A program made the position numbers and the translations under genes. This document shows positions 21,065 to 31,108 of a stretch of 64,000 nucleotides of DNA, piece after piece (position 1 is the stretch's first letter; each line of letters starts with the position of its first letter). Origin of the DNA: Escherichia phage vB_Eco_TB37; sequence record OZ035850; one strand, 5' to 3'. Under the pieces are notes generated by a model that saw nothing but the letters and a program-made list of their open reading frames with translations, searched no databases and was not told the origin of the DNA.

Positions 21065-22524
21065 AGACCAGTTACCTCATGAAAATCACCAAATACATCT
21101 TCGAATGTATTAGCTTTAGTTTTATCTTCACGTAAACGAATCGCAATCGGAAGAAATAATTTAACGTAATCAGTGCGGCCATCAGATTTTAACCAACCGT
21201 TGCATTCGCACTCTAGAATTTTTCCAATATAATAATTTTGATTTTCCATAATGCGAGTACGGTCAAGTTCATGTGATTTTACGCCGGCTTTATCTTTTAA
21301 GCCTGAACCCGCATTTACCTTAATTTTTCCACACTCTGACTCAAGAATAAATCCACCTGCTTTAGTAGGGTCTTTACGGTGAGGATAAATTCCTACAATT
21401 TTTAAATCAACATCAATTACTTCTTTAAATTTATAGAGATTTTTTGAACGAGCATTTTCCCATAATCCATCGATATTTTTGAGAATAATACCTTCAAGAC
21501 CTTGGTCAATATACTTTTTATAAATTACCTTAGCTTCATCTAGGTTATTTACTACTTGGTTTTCAATTAAAATTACTTTATCATAGCCTGATGTCATTTG
21601 TTCTAGTTTAGAAAAACGTACATCATATTTCAAACGAAATGCTGGAAGACCGTATATTTCTACCAACGGAACATAATCCCAGACCTGAAACTTCATGCAT
21701 TGTGCTTCTTTTTCTGAAATAGTTCCCTTTAAAGATTTATTAGCGATTCCATTAGAAGTAGTACGTGATTCAGCTACTTCAGCAAACTCTTTAGCTTTAC
21801 TAATTTCAGGATAAGCATCAAAAAGAAAATCTAGGCCTTCTGGCTCCTTTTTAACTTGCTCATGGTATACCAATTCGCCATCAATTAACACACCTTCTGG
21901 ATGAATCTGGCGGGCTTCAGCGGTCATTTTGATTAACTCTTCCTTAAGAAGATCTAATCCTAGATATTCATTACCAGCTCGTGATAAAAGACGGACATCA
22001 TCTAATTCATCACCTCTAACTTCAGCAAAACACCGAGCTCCATCTGCTTTTAATTGTGCAAAGGCTGGAAATTTGATATTCTTACTAATGCCTTTTTCAT
22101 CATAAGAACTTGCGAGCATTTGAGGTTGTTCAGGAATTAAACCTGGCCAAACTTTGTTTGCAATAGATACTGAAGCACCACATTCAAGGTCTCGCATCAT
22201 CACTCGACGCAAAACTTCAACATCATCTTTTTTACCGTCAGTAATATAACCTACTAATTCCTCAATTGCCGCATTTCCAGTCAATTTCCGAGTAGCTAAT
22301 GTAAATTCAATGAAGTCAAGCATATCGGTAAGAGTCAACATTCCAAAACTCTGGGTAGCAATACCAGGTTTAGGCCATTTCTTGATATAATACTGCAACC
22401 CACGAGAATAAGTCAGACGATATACTCGTTTAAGCAATTCATTATCTTTATTCTTTTCAAGAATTGCTTGCTTCTGCTTAGTTGAACCAATAGATGCTAT
22501 TTCGTTCAGAATTTTAAGAATCAT
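21061..22524 (-). CDS. 30: ATP-dependent DNA ligase gp30
   Basis: 487 aa; adenylation motif KADGARC; N-terminus MILKILNEIASIGSTKQKQ as T4 ligase. Confidence 0.97.
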   Translation of the reverse strand: MILKILNEIASIGSTKQKQAILEKNKDNELLKRVYRLTYSRGLQYYIKKWPKPGIATQSFGMLTLTDMLDFIEFTLATRKLTGNAAIEELVGYITDGKKDDVEVLRRVMMRDLECGASVSIANKVWPGLIPEQPQMLASSYDEKGISKNIKFPAFAQLKADGARCFAEVRGDELDDVRLLSRAGNEYLGLDLLKEELIKMTAEARQIHPEGVLIDGELVYHEQVKKEPEGLDFLFDAYPEISKAKEFAEVAESRTTSNGIANKSLKGTISEKEAQCMKFQVWDYVPLVEIYGLPAFRLKYDVRFSKLEQMTSGYDKVILIENQVVNNLDEAKVIYKKYIDQGLEGIILKNIDGLWENARSKNLYKFKEVIDVDLKIVGIYPHRKDPTKAGGFILESECGKIKVNAGSGLKDKAGVKSHELDRTRIMENQNYYIGKILECECNGWLKSDGRTDYVKLFLPIAIRLREDKTKANTFEDVFGDFHEVTGL

Positions 22525-22790
22525 TGTTCATCCTTTAGAGTTTGGTTTACAGCTCTATTATAAATCAATTCATCATTAAGCTCAGTCAAAGACCTATGAT
22601 ATGTGGTTCTAACTTTATTTCCTTGCATCCAGTGCTTGACGTAAATGAAACCTTGCTCTACACATTTTTTAAAAATTCGTTCGTCTTTTTGAGCTCGGAA
22701 TTCTGGATTGCATCTAAAAAATTGATTTACGTGACCATAATCACGTGTAGTATTACCTTCATTTTCATAAATAGTGTGAACAACAAACAT
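22521..22790 (-). CDS. Hypothetical protein (T4 30.1 position)
   Basis: 89-aa ORF, ATGA overlap with gene 30. Confidence 0.6.
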   Translation of the reverse strand: MFVVHTIYENEGNTTRDYGHVNQFFRCNPEFRAQKDERIFKKCVEQGFIYVKHWMQGNKVRTTYHRSLTELNDELIYNRAVNQTLKDEQ

Positions 22791-23626
22791 TAGAATGCTC
22801 CTTGGAAAATATTATCACCACAAGTAGGTCTATTATACAAATACTCTATACCACCGGGTTTAATATAGTTCCATGTCTGAAACGGATGCGTCTGATATGG
22901 ATGATATGGATTATAAGGATTAAATCCAGGAGTTCTCCAGGTAGTGTTCCAACGAAAAGAATCATTTTTAATCATCTTCTCGATTGTATCTTTTATAGCT
23001 TTTTCACGATCAAAACTTTCTTTATTTTCCTTCAATGGAAAAAGCTTATTCTCTACATCATTCCATGTATAAACTCGCTGTGCAGTTTTTGGAATACTGT
23101 CACGCTCTCCTCGAGCCATCCAATACACAGGAACACGTAATATTTCACTCGCATGATCGCAGTGGTGAGCGAGATCGTCAATATAACAAATTACGTTATA
23201 TTTCTCTTTTGCCTTTTTGAACAACTCTTCTTTTGAAGAATCATGACCACACATCATTACTTCTGAGAAGGCACCAGGAAAAAGAGCATTCAAATTAAAT
23301 TGACGATTCAACAGAGCGTCAATAGAATCACCCAATGCTGTAACAGCTACAAAATTATAATCTTCTTTTAATTTGTTAATTACACACAGAGCATCTTTAT
23401 ATGGAGACAAGTAACGAATAAAATCTGATCGATTGTATTTTTCAATTAGCTTAACGCCAAGTTCTTCATCACAGTTAAAGAGTTTACCAGGAGAAATAAA
23501 TTTCTCATCTTGGATCATTTTTAAAATATGTTCTAACGGAAGATTATATTTCTGAGCAAAATAAGGAAGGCCTGATTGCCAGCTTAAACATACTCCATCA
23601 ATATCAGTTAAAATAGTAGGCTTCAT
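22790..23626 (-). CDS. HAD-superfamily hydrolase-like protein (T4 30.2 position)
   Basis: 278 aa; N-terminal ILTDIDGV resembles HAD motif I; C-terminal NPYNPYHPY repeat tail. Confidence 0.65.
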   Translation of the reverse strand: MKPTILTDIDGVCLSWQSGLPYFAQKYNLPLEHILKMIQDEKFISPGKLFNCDEELGVKLIEKYNRSDFIRYLSPYKDALCVINKLKEDYNFVAVTALGDSIDALLNRQFNLNALFPGAFSEVMMCGHDSSKEELFKKAKEKYNVICYIDDLAHHCDHASEILRVPVYWMARGERDSIPKTAQRVYTWNDVENKLFPLKENKESFDREKAIKDTIEKMIKNDSFRWNTTWRTPGFNPYNPYHPYQTHPFQTWNYIKPGGIEYLYNRPTCGDNIFQGAF

Positions 23627-24087
23627 AGAGAGTCTCTTAATAGGTTTAACACATCAATAAATTCAGCTTCGGTTAGTATTGTATCATCTTTTGTTAGACC
23701 ACTAGCCATGCTGTGCTTCAAAACTTTTCCTTTCGAGGCTTGTAATGCATCACGAAAGCCCTTGTTTTGGATCGCTGCTTCAAAATATGCATTTGTGTAT
23801 AATTCTTTCCACGCCGGGGAGTATCTTGAAAATGGAACTCCAAGCCAGAAGAGGGTCCCATGGTCCTGAGCTCTAGCATAAGACCTTCCAGCTTGTTGGG
23901 CGGCAAGCCCGGATAATCCAAATATACGACGTTGTTGTTCAACGTTTTTCACCTTACATCCTTGGAGGAATCCTTCGAGACCTCCGAATTGAATACCATC
24001 CATGACGAAAGGCCATTGGGCAAAATTACTTAATGCGCATGATGGCCATCTAAAATTACTTCTAATCTCTAACTCAGACATTTTCAA
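23623..24087 (-). CDS. NADAR (YbiA-like, DUF1768) domain protein (T4 30.3 position)
   Basis: 154 aa; LSNFAQWPFVMDGIQFGGLEGFLQGCK resembles the E. coli YbiA/NADAR core. Confidence 0.6.
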   Translation of the reverse strand: MKMSELEIRSNFRWPSCALSNFAQWPFVMDGIQFGGLEGFLQGCKVKNVEQQRRIFGLSGLAAQQAGRSYARAQDHGTLFWLGVPFSRYSPAWKELYTNAYFEAAIQNKGFRDALQASKGKVLKHSMASGLTKDDTILTEAEFIDVLNLLRDSL

Positions 24088-24280
24088 TGCTTATAATTTC
24101 AACATCAGCCCAATGACCATAGCAAGGAAGACGAAATTCAACTGGCCAGTTAGGGTCCTTTTCTAATATAATAGACTTAACTTGTGGTTCTTCGTGTTCA
24201 TCAGTATACGGATTTTTATCTGTTACTTTATATGTGACCTTAATGTACTGAATTCCAAAAATCTTATTAATTATATTCAT
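24074..24280 (-). CDS. Hypothetical protein
   Basis: 68-aa ORF in the early cluster between 30.3 and rIII. Confidence 0.5.
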   Translation of the reverse strand: MNIINKIFGIQYIKVTYKVTDKNPYTDEHEEPQVKSIILEKDPNWPVEFRLPCYGHWADVEIISIENV

Positions 24281-24474
24281 ACTAATTCCTTTAATCCGTA
24301 GATAGGAGATAATTCATCACCCATACGAAGGTCTTCATTTCCATCTACCCAGGAAACAATATAAGCCTCTTTTATTTGAATACCACTCCATTTAAATGGA
24401 GGTAGAACCTTAGAAATTAATCCAGGTATACCAACTCCCTTTAATTCAACAGTTTGACCTAAAAAGAATTTCAT
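24277..24474 (-). CDS. Hypothetical protein
   Basis: 65-aa ORF, ATGA-type overlap with neighbours. Confidence 0.5.
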   Translation of the reverse strand: MKFFLGQTVELKGVGIPGLISKVLPPFKWSGIQIKEAYIVSWVDGNEDLRMGDELSPIYGLKELV

Positions 24475-24761
24475 TAGAACCTCATCTGAAAACCGTGCGA
24501 TTTAACATTACCGCCGCCAATATCAGAAATGTTAATTTCACGCGCAATTGAAGGGTCAATGTCAATTTCGCGATTGAGTTTAGTGATAGCTAAAGTATCA
24601 CGCCCATTTACTGTACGGAATTCTAAAGGACAAACCACATCAACGTAGTTTTTAATCGATTCGCTAGTAGGTTGCAAATGTGCAGGAAGGTCTTTAGGTG
24701 CCTTTGAGAAAACAACTTCACAGAAATTTTTGCGGGTATCAAAATAAGTAGTCATAAACAT
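24474..24761 (-). CDS. Hypothetical protein
   Basis: 95-aa ORF. Confidence 0.55.
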   Translation of the reverse strand: MFMTTYFDTRKNFCEVVFSKAPKDLPAHLQPTSESIKNYVDVVCPLEFRTVNGRDTLAITKLNREIDIDPSIAREINISDIGGGNVKSHGFQMRF

Positions 24762-24801
24762 AATATTTTCCTCAATAGGGACCGAAGCCCTTTATTTTAT
24801 T

Positions 24802-25179
24802 TTAAATATCAAATTCGTTAAGAACTACATCAAAGATTGCTTCAAGATGCTCAGGTTTAGCTCTGTTACTCAGAATATGACGAATCCAAGTTTTAACTAA
24901 GAGTTTACGATTAGCACCATTCCAGCAAGGATGAGTCCCTAAATCGCGTTGACGGAAATCATCATCCAGAGCGATTTTGAAGTTGGAACCTTCCATCGTG
25001 ATTGAAACCGTGATACCGTTTTCAAATCGCATATAAACGTAGTTAGGAGTCATATACTGTTCAATTTCGCATACTGATCCGTTTTGATGTTTCCAGAGGC
25101 AAATAGTATCAATAGAACCTGCAATACCATTAGAAACATATTTACGTTCAAAGTTGATGTAGTTCATTTTATTCTCCAA
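24802..25179 (-). CDS. Hypothetical protein
   Basis: 125-aa ORF just downstream of an early promoter. Confidence 0.6.
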   Translation of the reverse strand: MENKMNYINFERKYVSNGIAGSIDTICLWKHQNGSVCEIEQYMTPNYVYMRFENGITVSITMEGSNFKIALDDDFRQRDLGTHPCWNGANRKLLVKTWIRHILSNRAKPEHLEAIFDVVLNEFDI

Positions 25180-25194
25180 GATGTTTAATTGCGG

Positions 25195-25235
25195 TACAGG
25201 TATATAATATCATATCCTGTACCAAAGTAAACAAT
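25195..25235 (-). promoter_or_regulatory. Early promoter
   Basis: Minus strand GTTTAC followed by an AT-rich -10 (GATATTATATA), upstream of the 125-aa ORF. Confidence 0.5.
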
Positions 25236-25567
25236 TATTTTACTACTTTCCAATGCTGCATGTCAAGTTTACCAACTTTTTTCATCTTCTCAATTAAGCG
25301 TTCTGCACGTTGGCGAGCTGTAACATAATGCCATTCGCCTAATTCATTTTGTTCAATTTTTCCAACGATTACTGTATTCAATTCATAAATCCAACCAGTA
25401 AAGAAATTATGAACTTGAATTGTAAAGGTGAAATCTGTTCCCATACCTTCTGTTGTTTCTACTTCAATAATATCACCTTCAACTGCCATTAAGAACCACA
25501 TAGTTTCATTATATTTACCATTGAAGCATTTAGTTTTAACTGCAGCGTTCAGATTAATCGTTTTCAT
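25235..25567 (-). CDS. Hypothetical protein
   Basis: 110-aa ORF just downstream of an early promoter. Confidence 0.6.
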   Translation of the reverse strand: MKTINLNAAVKTKCFNGKYNETMWFLMAVEGDIIEVETTEGMGTDFTFTIQVHNFFTGWIYELNTVIVGKIEQNELGEWHYVTARQRAERLIEKMKKVGKLDMQHWKVVK

Positions 25568-25587
25568 TTTATTCTCCTTTGTTTGTG

Positions 25588-25628
25588 TAAGATAATACTA
25601 TCACAAAGGAACTATACTGTAAACAACT
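25588..25628 (-). promoter_or_regulatory. Early promoter
   Basis: Minus strand GTTTACA then GATAGTATTATC, upstream of the 110-aa ORF. Confidence 0.5.
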
Positions 25629-25677
25629 TTATGCAATCTTTGGAAAATAAAAAAGGACTCCCGAAGGAGTCCTCAAC

Positions 25678-25854
25678 TTATGCTTTCTGCTTACCAAAAC
25701 GAGAAGCATCATCTCGAAGAACCGCACGTGCTCGGCGCATGATCTTCTCAACAGTTTGATTGATACGAGAGTTCGACCCACGCTTGTAACCAGCGCGTTT
25801 AGAATCACCAACTTTCTTTTCAACTGCTTTCTTTGCTTTAACTTGTTTTGCCAT
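25678..25854 (-). CDS. Small highly basic protein
   Basis: ATG at 25854 with AAGAGAA upstream gives 58 aa (MAKQVKAKKAVEKK…); the longer ORF-track version has no good RBS. Confidence 0.5.
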   Translation of the reverse strand: MAKQVKAKKAVEKKVGDSKRAGYKRGSNSRINQTVEKIMRRARAVLRDDASRFGKQKA

Positions 25855-26143
25855 TATAAATTCTCTTTTAAATGAAAATGCAGGACTTATTGGCATTGCC
25901 TGCGCAAGCCCTCAAAGGGGTACTTAGGTTTTGAATATTTACCGACAGGATAACCATAAACCTCGTCATCATACCACCAAGACTTACACAGATAACACTT
26001 TTCTGACGCATGATAGTAACATTCAAGAGGTACACCATAAAACTGCCGGGGTCTTAAAACTATAATGATTCGCAAATCATTAATCAGACAGTTCGATGGC
26101 TCCTCGATTTTAGCTCACACTAAGGCAGTGAATCTCCAATAAA

Positions 26144-26392
26144 TTACTTCAATGTTACCACAAAGTGACGAACTGCTTTTCGTGCAGCAGAAGCCAGAGG
26201 CTTAGCATACTTAAGTTCATCTTTTTCCTGAAGCTCAGCAGCTAATGCAGTTTGAGCAGGATTCAGATGTTTGAAATAACGCAGGATTTCAAGAGCTTCG
26301 GCTTCAACATCAATAGATGCGCCATAGTTTTCGTGACCATTATTCCATGCGTTTCGTTGCAGTTCAAGAGCGTGTTGTAATTGTTTAATCAT
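26144..26392 (-). CDS. rIII: rIII lysis-inhibition accessory protein
   Basis: 82 aa, MIKQLQHALELQRNAWNNGHENYG as T4 rIII. Confidence 0.93.
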   Translation of the reverse strand: MIKQLQHALELQRNAWNNGHENYGASIDVEAEALEILRYFKHLNPAQTALAAELQEKDELKYAKPLASAARKAVRHFVVTLK

Positions 26393-26531
26393 TTAAAAAT
26401 TCTCGTTAGAGATTAAAACTCGGTAGTCACGTTCTTCTGAATTTCATCTTCTTTCGACAGATCTCTCAGTTGTAGACTACCACATAGAATTGTTCGGTTA
26501 ACTTATTATTCCGACACCCAATTCATATTAT

Positions 26532-26539
26532 TATTTATA
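26532..26539 (-). promoter_or_regulatory. Candidate late promoter upstream of rIII
   Basis: TATAAATA on the minus strand about 140 nt upstream of rIII. Confidence 0.4.
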
Positions 26540-26875
26540 TCACTTATAAAGACACGGAATAGCTTTATAGTGACAAGTAACGAATTTTTGTTTAATTTCT
26601 TTTGGCTGCTTAAGACCCAGAGCTACAAAAGGATGCGGAACATTTCGAATTTGACCAACTGGAAGAGAAGTCAAATCACCAACTTCGCAGAAACCTTCAG
26701 GAACATCAGGACCAACAGAGTGAACTACACACAATTCAGGAACTTCACCTTGAACACGTTTACCAATAATAAGCCCTGATTCTGTGACTTCTTCATCGCC
26801 AGCTTGTGCAGGTTCAGAAACTAAAATAACATATTCACCGACAGCACGAATTGGTAGCTGTTGTACTTCAGACAT
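26540..26875 (-). CDS. 31: Co-chaperonin gp31 (GroES analogue)
   Basis: 111 aa, matches T4 gp31; MotA-box middle promoter upstream. Confidence 0.95.
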
Positions 26876-26905
26876 CGTTTTTCCTTTTTGTTAACAGATG
26901 AATTA

Positions 26906-26930
26906 ATAATAACAAATAATTCTTAAAGCA
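26906..26930 (-). promoter_or_regulatory. MotA-dependent middle promoter for gene 31
   Basis: Minus strand reads TGCTTTA, 12-nt spacer, TATTAT, about 30 nt upstream of the gene 31 ATG. Confidence 0.65.
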
Positions 26931-26931
26931 T

Positions 26932-27240
26932 TTATTTACCAATAAATTGAAGCAAATGCTCAACTTTCATACCATTAACGGAAATCAATTTGTCAATAGA
27001 AAAACCTCGCCACGCACCAAGCTCAACATCAAATACTGGAATCATATCAGTAGATTCTTTCCGAGTAGATTCAGTCAATTTACCAGTTTGCATGGTTGGC
27101 ATAAAGTCAGCATCACGAGTGCCTTTCATAGTACGAATAGTACCATCAGACTTTTCAAAAACTACGTTTGAAACCCCCATGGACAATTTAGTTTTCAAAA
27201 TTTCACGAATTGCTACTTTTTGTTCAGTCGTTAGTTTCAT
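26932..27240 (-). CDS. Hypothetical protein (T4 31.1 position)
   Basis: 102-aa ORF. Confidence 0.6.
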   Translation of the reverse strand: MKLTTEQKVAIREILKTKLSMGVSNVVFEKSDGTIRTMKGTRDADFMPTMQTGKLTESTRKESTDMIPVFDVELGAWRGFSIDKLISVNGMKVEHLLQFIGK

Positions 27241-27477
27241 TTATTTACCTATTACAGTTTTAATATGGGTTGTTCCACGTTCTTTAAGAGTGGAAAGCAA
27301 TTTTTGGCATTTTTCTAAATCAGATTTCCAACTATACGGCCTATCAATACAAACCCATTCTGACTTATAATACTGCTTCCATTTAGAGAAAAAATATTTC
27401 TTATACTCTACAGCAAATGAAATATTCTCGTTAGAATAAGAACTAATTGCTGTGAGCTGTACCAAGCGAAATTTCAT
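27241..27477 (-). CDS. Hypothetical protein (T4 31.2 position)
   Basis: 78-aa ORF. Confidence 0.55.
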   Translation of the reverse strand: MKFRLVQLTAISSYSNENISFAVEYKKYFFSKWKQYYKSEWVCIDRPYSWKSDLEKCQKLLSTLKERGTTHIKTVIGK

Positions 27478-28058
27478 TATTCACCACAGAATTCGTTGAT
27501 ATTTTCCCAGTTTAACTTATTCAAGTTTTTCTTAGGAACATTAAACACTTCAATACCCGCATTTCGCAGAATATCATCCCAGCCAGGTTTATTTTTATCA
27601 TATGTTTCACAATAAACCAGCTTTTTAATACCAGATTGAGCTATCGCTTTTGCACAATCTGGGCATGGAGAAAGTGTTACATACATAGTAGCACCTTCAA
27701 TTGAAGAACCGTTTCGTGCAGCAAACAAAATCGCATTTAGTTCAGCATGAATTTCATTTTTAGACGACCATTCAGAGTGAGCGCTACGGTGTTCTTTCGC
27801 CAAGACAAAACGATCAGTTGAACCAAACGATACGCATTCGGGCTTATGACCTTGAATGATAGTATGTTTAGGCTTATTCAGCAACCAACCTTGCTCAGCA
27901 GCATAATCACAACAGTTCACACCCCCGGCAGGTGAACCATTATATCCGGTAGAAATAATACGTCCATTCTTTTCAATTACTGCTCCTACCTTCCAGGAGC
28001 AACATTTTGATTCTTGTGATACTAAATATGCAATTTGAAGTACTGTACTCGCTTTCAT
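27477..28058 (-). CDS. cd: dCMP deaminase
   Basis: 193 aa; zinc-binding HAE and PCPDC motifs of cytidine/dCMP deaminases. Confidence 0.95.
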   Translation of the reverse strand: MKASTVLQIAYLVSQESKCCSWKVGAVIEKNGRIISTGYNGSPAGGVNCCDYAAEQGWLLNKPKHTIIQGHKPECVSFGSTDRFVLAKEHRSAHSEWSSKNEIHAELNAILFAARNGSSIEGATMYVTLSPCPDCAKAIAQSGIKKLVYCETYDKNKPGWDDILRNAGIEVFNVPKKNLNKLNWENINEFCGE

Positions 28059-28393
28059 TTCATAATCACCAGATAAGCAGATTTAGCAGTTTCAACACGA
28101 TAAATTTCGTGACGAAGTTTAGTTATACTTTTAATAACAGAACTAATTATATTCTGCCCATCTTTAAAGCGGTTTTTCTTATCAATAAAAATTGCGCCAA
28201 CCATCTTTTTGTGAAGCTCAACTGGATACTTCGTCACAATAATAGCATCATACACAGAAGGATGAATACTATTCACTAGAGTGTCATTCATTAAAGTTAT
28301 TCTAATGAACTGTGCTGTTTCAGAGTCAAGCGCTCTATGATCGCCAGTATCATTTTCAAGACAATTATCAATTATATCAGTTAAATTCATCAT
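28055..28393 (-). CDS. Hypothetical protein (cd.1 position)
   Basis: 112-aa ORF, ATGA overlap with cd. Confidence 0.6.
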   Translation of the reverse strand: MMNLTDIIDNCLENDTGDHRALDSETAQFIRITLMNDTLVNSIHPSVYDAIIVTKYPVELHKKMVGAIFIDKKNRFKDGQNIISSVIKSITKLRHEIYRVETAKSAYLVIMK

Positions 28394-28626
28394 AGTACGC
28401 CATACACCCTTTGTGCTTCAACTAATCCATCAAAATCCAATTTGAGATGTGTTATTTGATCACCATCACCTGGATTCACAATTACTAATACTGAACGAGG
28501 AGTTTCGGTAATAACGCGAACCGATGTTTCTGGAAATCGTTCAGAAACCTTATTTACCAATTCCTGAGCAAATAGTTTAACTTTTTCTTGGAATTCTTTA
28601 ACAGTAATTGGTTTTTCACTTAGCAT
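28390..28626 (-). CDS. Hypothetical protein (cd.2 position)
   Basis: 78-aa ORF downstream of an early promoter. Confidence 0.55.
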   Translation of the reverse strand: MLSEKPITVKEFQEKVKLFAQELVNKVSERFPETSVRVITETPRSVLVIVNPGDGDQITHLKLDFDGLVEAQRVYGVL

Positions 28627-28639
28627 TTTGTTTTCCTCA

Positions 28640-28680
28640 TTTGTTTCGGTAGAGCTATAATATCACAACTCTACCACAAA
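28640..28680 (-). promoter_or_regulatory. Early promoter
   Basis: Minus strand GTTTAC then GATATTATAGCT, upstream of the cd.2-position ORF. Confidence 0.5.
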
Positions 28681-28690
28681 GTAAACTATA

Positions 28691-28966
28691 TTAAATTGCT
28701 TTGAATTCTGATGTCTGCGATTCAAAACGAATATCACCTTTGATGACTAACTCAGCGTCAAGACCGAATACGACAATGATATGCGCGGAACCTGGATACA
28801 GCGTAATGGCAATAGAATCCACCTGGTCTGGAAGCAAAGTGTTCAATACATGAGTCACTTGAGCATGAATTCGAAGCTCGGCTGCGTTATCAAGCTTTTC
28901 AAACATATTATTAGCAATAATTTGGCTAAACACTACTTCTACGATTTTAGAATAAGTCGGAAACAT
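28691..28966 (-). CDS. Hypothetical protein (cd.3 position)
   Basis: 91-aa ORF. Confidence 0.55.
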   Translation of the reverse strand: MFPTYSKIVEVVFSQIIANNMFEKLDNAAELRIHAQVTHVLNTLLPDQVDSIAITLYPGSAHIIVVFGLDAELVIKGDIRFESQTSEFKAI

Positions 28967-28968
28967 AT

Positions 28969-29169
28969 TTACCTCACATAATTTTCTTCAAGCCAATCAA
29001 TAACATCTAACGCATTATCAAAAGTTGAACCATCTACTTTGTCTTCTGTTTCATAATCAAGAACATCTAAGCCTACTCTTCCATTAACAATAGGCCATAA
29101 ACAAAATAAATATTTCTTTTCTTTTTCAATTTTATCACAAAGTTGATAAATCTTTTCTATGTTATTCAT
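28969..29169 (-). CDS. Hypothetical protein (cd.4 position)
   Basis: 66-aa ORF. Confidence 0.5.
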   Translation of the reverse strand: MNNIEKIYQLCDKIEKEKKYLFCLWPIVNGRVGLDVLDYETEDKVDGSTFDNALDVIDWLEENYVR

Positions 29170-29358
29170 AAGTTTTCCATGGTAAAGGCAGTTTAGTTTT
29201 CTTTACTGTTAGTTCAACATCAGGATTCTTTTCTCTTAATTTAAGGCATTCCTCCCAAGCTCTGATTTCACTAGTGAATACACAAAATTGCCCATTACTA
29301 GTACCAACTAAACCACTATTTACAATAACAATAGACCAAGTTTCATGATGCCACGCCA

Positions 29359-29359
<1 letters not shown>
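29162..29359 (-). CDS. Hypothetical protein (cd.5 position)
   Basis: ATG at 29359 overlaps pseT stop (TAATG), giving 65 aa; the ORF-track extension is less likely. Confidence 0.5.
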
Positions 29360-30584
<1,225 letters not shown>

Positions 30585-30587
30585 TTA

Positions 30588-30812
30588 TTATTTCTCAACC
30601 AATGATTGAATATAATCATGCAGGTCTTTAGATGCTTTACCCCACTTATTTTGGTATTCATTTTTAAGATTAGCACGTGATTGAGCTAATAAAACATCAT
30701 TAGTTGGAGGTAAAGATTCTAACCGCTGAATCTGGCGTCCATAAATCATTGCAGCCATCTCGGATTCATAAATCAATCCTTTGAGATGTTCAAATTGATG
30801 CCATGAAATCAT
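30588..30812 (-). CDS. Hypothetical protein
   Basis: 74-aa ORF. Confidence 0.5.
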   Translation of the reverse strand: MISWHQFEHLKGLIYESEMAAMIYGRQIQRLESLPPTNDVLLAQSRANLKNEYQNKWGKASKDLHDYIQSLVEK

Positions 30813-31108
30813 TTACATTTATCCTCTTTTAACTCTTGACGATAATAACATATCATAGTTTTCTGGTCATGTACATATCGTTTTACATCATTAAGCCAAA
30901 TACGAAATTCCTGGGAATCTTCAAATGGCATACCGACCCAAGCTTTACCATCGATAACTTTAACTTGCCAAGATAGTTTAGCTTCATCATATGACTTTAT
31001 TTGTACAGGCCAATTAGGATGAACTGTTTCTTTCTTTACTTCTAGAGGCTTTGTCGAACAACCAACTAGAAGACCAATAGATAATATTACTGCTGATAGT
31101 TTAATCAT
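30809..31108 (-). CDS. Outer-membrane spanin (o-spanin) lipoprotein
   Basis: 99 aa; signal peptide with lipobox LLVGC (MIKLSAVILSIGLLVGCS…); ATGA overlap with upstream i-spanin gene. Confidence 0.7.
   Translation of the reverse strand: MIKLSAVILSIGLLVGCSTKPLEVKKETVHPNWPVQIKSYDEAKLSWQVKVIDGKAWVGMPFEDSQEFRIWLNDVKRYVHDQKTMICYYRQELKEDKCK

Noticed and set aside
24778-24800. GC-rich element GGGACCGAAGCCC considered as a terminator hairpin.
   Set aside because: The stem is imperfect (GGGAC versus GCCC) and I could not fold a convincing hairpin by eye.
25887-26075. 62-aa Cys-rich ORF from the ORF track.
   Set aside because: Not listed as a gene because the only in-frame start is TTG with no convincing RBS; kept as a finding rather than a feature.
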